Below, piece after piece: positions 29,431 through 38,262 of a stretch of DNA of 64,000 bases. Positions within the stretch are counted from its first letter, which is position 1, and every line of letters starts with the position of its first letter. Source of the stretch: Bacillales bacterium (GTDB taxonomy: Bacteria; Bacillota; Bacilli; JARBTR01). Below the pieces are notes generated by a model that was not told where the DNA came from, made no database searches, and saw only the letters and a program-made list of their open reading frames with translations. Both the position numbers and the translations under genes were made by a program. The DNA is taken from assembly GCA_031554215.1 (NCBI GenBank), contig JAVBKF010000119.1, forward strand, positions 32,612 through 96,611, given 5' to 3'.

Positions 29431-30774
29431 TTAATAGTTTAGGTATGGCATTGGATTGATACAGTTTGAATGGTTTGCTTGAAATCCGCCTCGCATCAAT
29501 TCAAAGTGTACATGCTGCCCATGCGACTGACCAGTATTACCCATGATACCAATTTGCTGTCCTTGTGAAACGGTATCTCCAGTGTTGACGTAGCGATTCT
29601 GCATATGTGCATATAAAGTGGAGTACGTTTGACCATTATAGCGATGGGCAATAATGACGCAATTTCCATATGAATTCGAGTAGTAGGAGCTACTAACGAC
29701 TCCGTCTGCTGCCGCATAAATTGGCACGTCTGATTTGTTAGCGATATCAACACCATAATGGAAACCATCCTCACGCGAACCAAAACCGGACGTGATTGTA
29801 CCGGCAGCTGGGTTGCTTAGAAGATTACCACTTGCTGGAGGAGGGGTATAACCACCACCGCTAGAACCACTAGATCCGCCAGAACTGCCAGAACCACTGG
29901 ATCCACTAGACCCGCCAGAACCACCATTATTATTATTATTATTATTATTATTGGTTTCTGCCGCCGCTGCTTCTGCCGCTTCTGCTGCCGCCGCCGCTTC
30001 TGCCGCTGCGGCCTCTTCTTGTGCAATCAACTGTGCAATAGCGGCCTCCTGACCTTCAAGAATCACATCTTCTTCTTCTTGATTGACAATATAACTCTCG
30101 ATTTCATGCTCCTGATCTGTTAATGTAACAAGTGTTTCTTCCTTTTGCTCTTTCTGAACCCCGAGTGTTGCCTCGAGACTTTGAAATTCAGCATTCAGTG
30201 ATGCTAACTCTTCCTTGTTTTTTTCAAGATCTGCTTTGGCACTTGTTAATTTCTTTTGGTCAGCAACTTGCGCTTCAATAATGTCTTGATCGGCAGTCAC
30301 TAACGCTGAAACTGCATCCATCCGCTCAACAAATTCTCCGAATGAACTGGCACCAAAGATGACTTCAGCATATCTCGATTCCCAACCGTTTTCCTGTACA
30401 AGAACGAGGCGTTCACGGATGATTTGATCCCGTGCGACTATGTTCTCTTGTAACGTGGCGATGTCAGATTCCAGTGAGACGATTTCATCATTTACCTGAT
30501 TAATTTGATCAGTTGTTGTTCTAATCTTCTCAGACGTATCAGAAATTTGTTGGTCAAGTTGCTCAATGTTGACTTGCGTGTCACCTTTTTCTTTTTTTAC
30601 ACCATCAAGTTCAGCTTGGCTCTGGTCAATGTTCTGGTCAATTTGAGATTGTTGCTGATCGATGTTTTCTTGCTGATTTTCATACTCTGAAACACTTGTA
30701 GCTAGAACGTGGTTCGGTAAGAAAATAAGCAATAGACAAATCATCGAAACGAGTAAGCTTCTTGCTTTTTTCAT
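29431..30774 (-). CDS. coiled-coil M23 (LytM-domain) peptidoglycan endopeptidase, EnvC-like, with N9 / Gly-Ser / Ala-Glu low-complexity linker
   Basis: Signal peptide, long coiled coil, then an M23 domain with intact HxxxD (HYGVD) and HxH (HVHFE) motifs. It lies immediately downstream of ftsX. Confidence 0.85.
   Translation of the reverse strand: MKKARSLLVSMICLLLIFLPNHVLATSVSEYENQQENIDQQQSQIDQNIDQSQAELDGVKKEKGDTQVNIEQLDQQISDTSEKIRTTTDQINQVNDEIVSLESDIATLQENIVARDQIIRERLVLVQENGWESRYAEVIFGASSFGEFVERMDAVSALVTADQDIIEAQVADQKKLTSAKADLEKNKEELASLNAEFQSLEATLGVQKEQKEETLVTLTDQEHEIESYIVNQEEEDVILEGQEAAIAQLIAQEEAAAAEAAAAAEAAEAAAAETNNNNNNNNNGGSGGSSGSSGSGSSGGSSGSSGGGYTPPPASGNLLSNPAAGTITSGFGSREDGFHYGVDIANKSDVPIYAAADGVVSSSYYSNSYGNCVIIAHRYNGQTYSTLYAHMQNRYVNTGDTVSQGQQIGIMGNTGQSHGQHVHFELMRGGFQANHSNCINPMPYLNY
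29926..29952. repeat. (ATT)9 trinucleotide microsatellite (encodes Asn9 on the minus strand) inside the M23 peptidase gene, next to GCC/GCT-rich Ala-coding repeats
   Basis: Nine perfect ATT units at 29926-29952. Flanking GS-rich and Ala/Glu-rich coding repeats run to about 30015. Confidence 0.9.
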
Positions 30775-30788
30775 TGTCCGTCTCCTTT

Positions 30789-31697
30789 CTATATTTTTAT
30801 ATACTTTCTAATCGATAACAAACTAGCGATTACACCAATAACGGTACCAATTGTAACGATTGAGAGTGCTACATAAATAATAAATGGATTTGGTGGTAGT
30901 GTTTTGAAAAATTCAAGCCCTGCGCGGCTTAGAATTTCATGGCGATCGACATAGATATAGCTAAGACTAATTGTTGCGATTGGAATAATCGATCCAAGTA
31001 TACCGAGCCAAATGCCTTCGAGGAAGAATGGCCATCTGATAAATGCATTTGTAGCACCTACTAGCCTCATGATTTCGATTTCACGTTTCCTAGAGAGAAT
31101 GGTGACACGAATCGTATTAACAATTAGGAAAACAGCAACTAATGCGAGTGCGACAATCAAAACGAAACCGATTGTTCGTCCCCATTTTGTAAATTCAAAC
31201 ATCTGCTCAACGTAATCTTCTCCATAATTTATATCGTCAACATTATTGAGCTCTTCTATTTTTGGTATAACTTCACTCGTTTGTTGTGGGTCTTTCAATT
31301 TGACAACGAAAACGTCATGCAACGGGTTATTGGCTTTGTATTGCTGATACAATTCTTCGCTTTGGTCAAGCCCTAGGCTTTCCTTGTGCATTTCCAGTTC
31401 CTCATCCTTCGATGAGAATTTAATAGAATCTACTTCAGCTATGTTGTCTAGCTCTTTTTTTAATTGTTGTTCATCCTCGGGGGTTGCAGTGACGTCAACA
31501 TGGACCCTGATTTCTGCACTCTTTTCAAACTGTTTTGTAATATAGCTTGTATTGGCGCCAATGACTACGAATACACCAAGCATTAGCAGTGTAACGGTTA
31601 CCGCACCGACGGAAGCAACAGTCATCCACCCATTACGAGCAAGGTTGAGCAAGCTTTCTTTGAAGTGATAGGCAAGGTCTTTACCCTTCATAGCCAT
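30789..31697 (-). CDS. ftsX: cell-division ABC transporter permease-like protein FtsX
   Basis: N-terminal TM, large extracellular loop, three C-terminal TM. The N-terminus aligns with B. subtilis FtsX (NGWMT.AS..AVTVTLL). The start overlaps the ftsE stop. Confidence 0.85.
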   Translation of the reverse strand: MAMKGKDLAYHFKESLLNLARNGWMTVASVGAVTVTLLMLGVFVVIGANTSYITKQFEKSAEIRVHVDVTATPEDEQQLKKELDNIAEVDSIKFSSKDEELEMHKESLGLDQSEELYQQYKANNPLHDVFVVKLKDPQQTSEVIPKIEELNNVDDINYGEDYVEQMFEFTKWGRTIGFVLIVALALVAVFLIVNTIRVTILSRKREIEIMRLVGATNAFIRWPFFLEGIWLGILGSIIPIATISLSYIYVDRHEILSRAGLEFFKTLPPNPFIIYVALSIVTIGTVIGVIASLLSIRKYIKI

Positions 31698-32367
31698 ATT
31701 CACCTCCTTCTTGGTCGCGGACAATTTCTCCACCTTCTATTGCTAGTACACGATGGCGGAAATTATTGACTAAGTCTTTGTTATGTGTAGCCATCACAAT
31801 CGTCGTTCCCATACGATTGATTTCTTCAAAAAGGTGAAGGATATCAACAGATGTTTCAGGGTCTAGGTTACCTGTAGGCTCGTCTGCAATAACAATCTTA
31901 GGGTTCCGTACAATTGAACGAGCAATCGAGATACGTTGTTGTTCGCCTCCAGACACTTCATAAGGTTTCATCCGGATTTTGTGTTTTAACCCAACTAGGT
32001 CAAGGACATCCATTACACGCTTCTTTTGCTTACTGCCTGTTGTACCAGTTACTTGCAAAGCATAAGTAATATTCTCGTATACGTTGAGTTTTGGTAGAAG
32101 CTTAAAGTCTTGGAATATCACTCCGACTTTTCTCCGGAGAATTGGAATCTTGCTATTCTTGTAACTTGAGACATCGACTCCGTCAATAATCACTGAGCCA
32201 GTTGTTGGTTTTTCTTCACGATACATTAATTTAATAAAGGTTGATTTACCCGCACCACTCGGTCCGACGATATAAACAAACTCTCCAGCTTCAATGTTCA
32301 CATCAACGCAATTGATTGCACTGACCCCATTGGGGTAGGTTTTGTATACATTTTTCATTTCAATCAT
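31681..32367 (-). CDS. ftsE: cell-division ATP-binding protein FtsE
   Basis: 228 aa with Walker A GPSGAGKST, signature VSGGEQQRISIAR and Walker B VIADEPTGNLD. Confidence 0.9.
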   Translation of the reverse strand: MIEMKNVYKTYPNGVSAINCVDVNIEAGEFVYIVGPSGAGKSTFIKLMYREEKPTTGSVIIDGVDVSSYKNSKIPILRRKVGVIFQDFKLLPKLNVYENITYALQVTGTTGSKQKKRVMDVLDLVGLKHKIRMKPYEVSGGEQQRISIARSIVRNPKIVIADEPTGNLDPETSVDILHLFEEINRMGTTIVMATHNKDLVNNFRHRVLAIEGGEIVRDQEGGEYGYEG

Positions 32368-32693
32368 ATTTTTATAGGCACCTTTCTATTTTTCAGCGTT
32401 GTATGGTCTATTATAATCGCAAGTGAAAGTGCCAGCTTCAAAAGACTGAAAGCCAAATAAAGTATAGGGCGCACTTTACTAATTTTCTAGGCGAGACACT
32501 TTTGTTATCTTATCATTATAGCACCTTAGCATCTGGGTGGGCAGGTTTTTTTGTGGGAATAATTTCTGATTGGTTGACCTGAAAAAAACAAGCACATTGC
32601 TGTATGTACTTGTCTTTTTCAGCTTTCATCAACTGAGCAGGCTAGTCTATATTTGCCAATTATCAACCTGATTTCGTCAATGAACCAAAATTT

Positions 32694-33869
32694 TTAGTAA
32701 TTTAACCAAGGAGCAGGATCAAAGCAGTTTGCATGACCATCTTGCCATCCACCGGTCATCAACTCGAAATGAAGGTGCTGTCCAAATGATTGACCAGTAT
32801 TGCCCATAATGCCGATCTGTTGCCCTTGCGTAACTACCTGACCATCTTGAACAAAGCGTGCTTGCATATGAGCATATAAAGTTGAATACGTTTGCCCATT
32901 GTAAGAGTGTGAAATAATGACGCAGTTTCCGTATGACGGAGAGTAATACGATTTAGCAACAACGCCACTACCAGCGGCATAAATCGGAACGTCCGCTCCG
33001 TTAGCAATGTCCATGCCTGGATGAAAATCTGATCCACGATTGCCAAATGGTGAAGTCACAGTACCCATCGTAGGATTAACAAGTGGGCTACCATCAATTG
33101 GCATTGGTGGTGCACCGTTGCTTCCGGCCTGAGCTAGTTGTGCCATGGATTTTTCCTGCGCCGCCAAAATCTCCTCTTGCTCTTTTTGATCAAGAATGTG
33201 CCCTTCTAGTTGGGCTTCCTGTGCTGAAAGTGAAGCAAAAAGTTGTTCTTTTTGTGCTTTTTGAACTTGAAGATCAGCAGATAGTTGTGTATACGCTGCA
33301 CTTAAATTAACCAGTTCTGCCATTTGGTTTTCAAGCTCTTTTTGTGATTCTTCCAGTTTCTTTTGGTCATTCATTTGGGCCTCAATAATATCTTGGTCAG
33401 CGCTAACGAGTGATGAGACAGCGTCCATTCTTTCAATAAATTGCCCGAAAGATGCTGCTCCGAAAAGAACTTCTGCATATCTTGATTCCCAGCCGTTCTC
33501 TTGTACTAGCACAAGCCGCTCCCTGATAATCTGATCACGTTCTACTATTTTCTTCTGTAACTCAGTTATTTCAATTTCTAAACTAGCAATATTTTGATTG
33601 ACGATGTTAATCTTCTCTTCTGTTTCTCTAATCTTAGCAGCTGTTTCACTTACTTTCATATCCAGTTCTTTGATTTGTGCATCTGTTTCTGCTTTAGATT
33701 GTTTCACTGCATCTAGCTGTGCCTGACTTTGGTTAATATCGTCTTGTACTGTTTGTTGTTGCTCATCTATAGTTGCTTCTGCAAGTGCAGTGGGCATCTG
33801 CCCGGTTGGTAGCAAAAGTAAAGACAGGCATGTAGCAGAAACAATTAACTGTTTTTTTATTTTAGTCAT
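32694..33869 (-). CDS. coiled-coil M23 (LytM-domain) peptidoglycan endopeptidase, paralogue of 29431-30774
   Basis: Signal peptide, coiled coil, and an M23 domain with HxxxD (HPGMD) and HxH (HLHFE). The C-terminal ~130 aa are near-identical to the other paralogue. Confidence 0.85.
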   Translation of the reverse strand: MTKIKKQLIVSATCLSLLLLPTGQMPTALAEATIDEQQQTVQDDINQSQAQLDAVKQSKAETDAQIKELDMKVSETAAKIRETEEKINIVNQNIASLEIEITELQKKIVERDQIIRERLVLVQENGWESRYAEVLFGAASFGQFIERMDAVSSLVSADQDIIEAQMNDQKKLEESQKELENQMAELVNLSAAYTQLSADLQVQKAQKEQLFASLSAQEAQLEGHILDQKEQEEILAAQEKSMAQLAQAGSNGAPPMPIDGSPLVNPTMGTVTSPFGNRGSDFHPGMDIANGADVPIYAAGSGVVAKSYYSPSYGNCVIISHSYNGQTYSTLYAHMQARFVQDGQVVTQGQQIGIMGNTGQSFGQHLHFELMTGGWQDGHANCFDPAPWLNY

Positions 33870-34635
33870 AAAATCTACCTCTCCATTAGCGATATTTGTC
33901 CTCGTTATGTTAGCAATGCATCTTCTTATCTAGTACATTGCGATTTATTTACTTATATTTTCAGAGGTGCGTCTTTGTAAACGATTGCAAGTTGTGCAAG
34001 AGCTACGCACCCAACAAGAGATATTATATCATTATTTGCTGACAATGGCGCTGATATTTTCTTTACAAATAGATTACAAATTATAACTGGAAAAATAGAC
34101 TACTGTTTTTTCTGCAATTCAGTATTGGTAGCGTAAAGCCTTTTACTACAAGGATGAGTTTGGTTTAATAGCGTAAGGGCGAGCTCTGACAGAGGAGGGA
34201 CAGGTGATTGCTACAAGGAAGCGTAAGCTGAATCTATCAGTTAAATTGAATGTTGATCAGTAAACCTTAAATCACATGAAATGGCGTTAAAACACCAACG
34301 CGTTTCCTATCTGGCGCAATTTAAAGGAAGGAAACTGTTTTTTGAAAATAGCGTGAGCGAATCTTTTCTGATGGCTGGGGACAGGGGGTACTTATGAAGC
34401 TTGTATTTGCTTTTGAACTGTTTCTTTTCCTTAGGGAAATCCTCGGTTCTTAGTCGTAAATAAACCGTTTGATCCTACTGCGAAATAGGCGTAAATCGGG
34501 ACATGGTCATTCGTGTCGCTGTTGAATGGCAACTCGTTTTCGCTATCTTGAGGTAAACGAATTATGATGAACTTTGAAATTTTACATTTAGTGACGTAAA
34601 ATAGGATGAACTGATGTGATAGAAAAGGAGACAAG

Positions 34636-35472
34636 ATGCCAACAGTTGCAAAAATTGAACAGCAGAAAAAGAATACTCAGCGTTATAACCTGTTTTTTGA
34701 GCGGAACGGACAAGCTGAATTTGCCTTTGGTGTCAGTGAAGATACTATTGTTCATTTTCAGATTTCAAAAGGAAAAGTGATTAGCGATGAAGAAATTGCT
34801 TCTATTCTATTTGAAGATGAAGTGAGCAAAGCGTTTCAAGCAGCGATGAACTACATTTCCTACCGGATGCGTTCTGTACTGGAAGTGAAGGTGTACTTGC
34901 GAGAACGAGATTACACGACTGATGTAGGTGACGCGGTTATTGCGAAATTATTGGAGCTTGGCTATCTGGATGATTTAAAATTTTCGCAGTTCTATGTGCG
35001 TAACGAAATGAATATTGCCCGAAAAGGCCCTGTGATTATTCAAACCGAGCTGAAAAACCGTGGGGTCTCACCTTACTTGCAGGAGGCAGCGTTGATGGAA
35101 TATCCAGAAGATCTACGTGCTGAGAATGCGATCAAATGGGCAAAAAAGACCTTAGCGAGGCAGAAAACGGCCGTAAGAACGGCTGAGCAGAAGACATTAC
35201 AGCTACTCATGCGAAAAGGGTTTACAATGGAGATGGCGAAGCGAGCATTGGAACAAGCTAGAGGCAAGAATGGTACGGATGAGTGGGGTCATCTTTGCGC
35301 CGAGGGATATAAGATTCACCGCAAGTACCGCGCTTATGACGATACTGAATATAAACAGAAAATGACGGCAAGTCTAATGAGGAAAGGCTATCCATATGAC
35401 TTGATTAGCCGGTTTTTACGGCATGAGAAAGTAGTTATCGAGAACCGTGAGGTAGAGGCGAAAGTCGATTAA
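34636..35472 (+). CDS. recX: recombination regulator RecX
   Basis: RecX three-repeat helical architecture. The N-terminus resembles B. subtilis RecX (YfhG). GGAG RBS is present. Confidence 0.8.
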   Translation: MPTVAKIEQQKKNTQRYNLFFERNGQAEFAFGVSEDTIVHFQISKGKVISDEEIASILFEDEVSKAFQAAMNYISYRMRSVLEVKVYLRERDYTTDVGDAVIAKLLELGYLDDLKFSQFYVRNEMNIARKGPVIIQTELKNRGVSPYLQEAALMEYPEDLRAENAIKWAKKTLARQKTAVRTAEQKTLQLLMRKGFTMEMAKRALEQARGKNGTDEWGHLCAEGYKIHRKYRAYDDTEYKQKMTASLMRKGYPYDLISRFLRHEKVVIENREVEAKVD

Positions 35473-35690
35473 TCCTGTGAATCATATTCATATAGGTACT
35501 GATTTTGGCAACAGAAAATAGGATAGCAAAGATTGAAAAAAAGCATGACGGTCATTAACAAACACTTGTTCGTAATGGTTTTTTTTGATAAGATAATCCT
35601 ATCAAATCTAAGTGGACTTACTATTTTGGTATGCAGTGACAATAAAGCAGACAGGTTATGGCAAGGAACCACTTTGAAATCGAGGGCATT

Positions 35691-37673
35691 ATGGCAGATC
35701 AATTTGAATTAGTATCAAAGTTTGAACCGAGTGGAGACCAGCCGGGAGCTATTCGCCAATTAGTGGATGGGCTTCATGCTGGTGAGCGGTATCAAACATT
35801 ACTTGGAGCAACAGGAACCGGAAAGACGTTCACCATTTCTAATGTGATTAAAGAAGTGAATAAACCAACGTTGATTCTCGCACATAATAAGACGCTGGCA
35901 GGGCAATTGTATAGCGAGTTTAAAGAATTCTTCCCCAATAATGCAGTTGAGTATTTCGTCAGTTACTATGATTATTTCCAACCAGAAGCGTATGTGGCGC
36001 ATACGGATACGTACATAGAGAAAGATTCTAGTATCAATGATGAGATTGATAAACTGCGTCACTCGGCAACATCATCATTGTTTGAGCGCCAGGACGTTGT
36101 AGTGATTGCCAGTGTTTCTTGTATTTATGGCTTGGGTAATCCAGAAGAATACCGGGAACTTGTGGTTTCGTTACGGACTGGCATGGAACTCGAGCGCAAT
36201 CAATTATTGCGTCGCCTTGTGGATGTGCAATATGAACGAAATGATATTGATTTCAAACGGGGAGCTTTTCGTGTTCGCGGAGATGTTGTTGAGATTTTTC
36301 CAGCGTCTCGTGATGAGCATTGTATTCGTATCGAGTTTTTTGGAGACGAAATTGAGCGGATTCGGGAAATCAACTATCTAACCGGTGAAATCATTGCAGA
36401 ACGCGATCATGTCGCCATCTTTCCAGCATCCCACTTCGTTACAAGGGAAGAGAAATTACTACAAGCAATTGAGAATATTGAGGTAGAGTTAGACGAACAA
36501 CTGAAAGTGTTTAAGGAAAATGGGAAGCTACTCGAAGCGCAACGCTTGGAGCAACGAACTCGATATGACCTAGAAATGATGCGTGAAATGGGTTTCTGTT
36601 CTGGCATTGAGAACTATTCGCGTCATTTGACATTACGTGAACCCGGGTCAATCCCCTATACGTTGTTAGACTATTTCCCAAAGGATTTCTTACTAGTCGT
36701 TGATGAGTCGCATGTTAGTTTGCCACAAGTACGTGCAATGTTTAATGGTGATAAAGCACGAAAGGAAATTTTGGTTGAGCATGGCTTCCGGCTACCATCA
36801 GCACTAGATAATCGGCCGTTGCAATTTCCTGAATTTGAGGATCATATTACTGGTGCTATTTATTGTTCAGCGACACCAGGACCGTTAGAACTCGAGCGAT
36901 GCCCGAATATGGTTGAGCAAATTATTCGTCCAACTGGACTACTTGATCCAATCATTGAAGTCCGTCCAATTGAAGGGCAAATTGATGATTTGATTCATGA
37001 AATTCATGAGCGAACAGCAAAGGATGAGCGCGTTTTGATTACGACGCTTACGAAGAAAATGTCTGAGGACTTAACAAAGTATTTAAAGGAAATCGGCATC
37101 AAAGTGAACTACTTGCATTCTGAGGTTAAAACACTTGAGCGAATTGAAGTTATTCGTGATTTACGTCTTGGAAAATATGATGTGCTGGTCGGGATTAATT
37201 TGCTCAGAGAAGGACTTGATATTCCAGAGGTTTCGCTCGTGGCAATCTTAGATGCTGACAAGGAGGGATTCCTTCGTTCAGAACGATCGCTGATTCAAAC
37301 CATTGGGCGGGCTGCTCGAAATGAAAAAGGCCGTGTGATTATGTATGCGGATCGTATCACCAACTCGATGGAAATTGCCATAGGAGAAACAAACAGGCGC
37401 CGCACAATTCAGGAAGCTTACAATGAAAAGCATGGGATTATACCGCAAACAATTAAGAAAGATATCCGTGATATTATTAAAGCAACACAGGCAGGTACAG
37501 CTGATGGTATGGGTGAGGAAGAAACACCGAATTACGCTTCCATGACGAAGAAGGAGCGTCAACAGATGTTGAACCGCTTAGAACATGACATGAAAGAAGC
37601 AGCTCGGTCACTTGATTTCGAGACAGCTGCACAGCTTCGTGATATCATTATTGAATTGCGAGCACAGAAGTAA
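35691..37673 (+). CDS. uvrB: excinuclease ABC subunit B
   Basis: UvrB helicase motifs ([14 protein letters not shown]), beta-hairpin region and C-terminal UvrC-interaction domain. Start chosen at MADQFELVS after GAGGG. Confidence 0.95.
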   Translation: MADQFELVSKFEPSGDQPGAIRQLVDGLHAGERYQTLLGATGTGKTFTISNVIKEVNKPTLILAHNKTLAGQLYSEFKEFFPNNAVEYFVSYYDYFQPEAYVAHTDTYIEKDSSINDEIDKLRHSATSSLFERQDVVVIASVSCIYGLGNPEEYRELVVSLRTGMELERNQLLRRLVDVQYERNDIDFKRGAFRVRGDVVEIFPASRDEHCIRIEFFGDEIERIREINYLTGEIIAERDHVAIFPASHFVTREEKLLQAIENIEVELDEQLKVFKENGKLLEAQRLEQRTRYDLEMMREMGFCSGIENYSRHLTLREPGSIPYTLLDYFPKDFLLVVDESHVSLPQVRAMFNGDKARKEILVEHGFRLPSALDNRPLQFPEFEDHITGAIYCSATPGPLELERCPNMVEQIIRPTGLLDPIIEVRPIEGQIDDLIHEIHERTAKDERVLITTLTKKMSEDLTKYLKEIGIKVNYLHSEVKTLERIEVIRDLRLGKYDVLVGINLLREGLDIPEVSLVAILDADKEGFLRSERSLIQTIGRAARNEKGRVIMYADRITNSMEIAIGETNRRRTIQEAYNEKHGIIPQTIKKDIRDIIKATQAGTADGMGEEETPNYASMTKKERQQMLNRLEHDMKEAARSLDFETAAQLRDIIIELRAQK

Positions 37674-37706
37674 TCCATGCAGTAGCACGAAACTGCAGGA
37701 GAACTC

Positions 37707-38213
37707 ATGTATATGAAAAACATTCATGCAAATTGGATCTTACTGTTTAGCTCGTTCATTGATGCGAAGGGAGTGGCTATCTTGGTACGAGCGGAAATGT
37801 ATGTTGCAGTTCATCTCTTTCTCATCAAGGATGATAGAATTCTATTGCTTCGGCGATACAATACTGGCTTTATGGATGGCCAGTACAGCGTTATAGCAGG
37901 TCATGTTGATCGGGGAGAATCCGTGGTTCAAGCAATACACCGTGAAGCAGAGGAAGAAGCGGGTATCCTGCTTGCACCTGACCAATTACAAACAATACAA
38001 GTCATGCACCGAAACAGCGATACAGAACGAATTGATTACTTCTTTTTTGTGGAAAATTGGATAGGGACCATTCGGAATGCAGAGCCATCTAAATGTGATG
38101 ATTTGGCTTGGTTTGCGATTGAAGCATTGCCTGAGAATATGATTCCGTATGTACGATATGCATTAGAGCAGTATCAGCAGGGAGAATACTTCACTCTATT
38201 TGGTTGGGAATAA
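37707..38213 (+). CDS. NUDIX hydrolase
   Basis: Nudix box GHVDRGESVVQAIHREAEEEAGI. The N-terminal 30 aa are uncertain; an alternative start lies at 37797. Confidence 0.7.
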   Translation: MYMKNIHANWILLFSSFIDAKGVAILVRAEMYVAVHLFLIKDDRILLLRRYNTGFMDGQYSVIAGHVDRGESVVQAIHREAEEEAGILLAPDQLQTIQVMHRNSDTERIDYFFFVENWIGTIRNAEPSKCDDLAWFAIEALPENMIPYVRYALEQYQQGEYFTLFGWE

Positions 38214-38262
38214 GCAGATAGCGATGGCATGAATTTAAAAGGAATGAAGAGGTAGTTAAGTT

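Noticed and set aside
34431-34634. 67-aa minus-strand ORF immediately upstream of recX
   Set aside because: No RBS and unusual composition. It overlaps the recX RBS and promoter region, so it is probably a non-coding promoter region.
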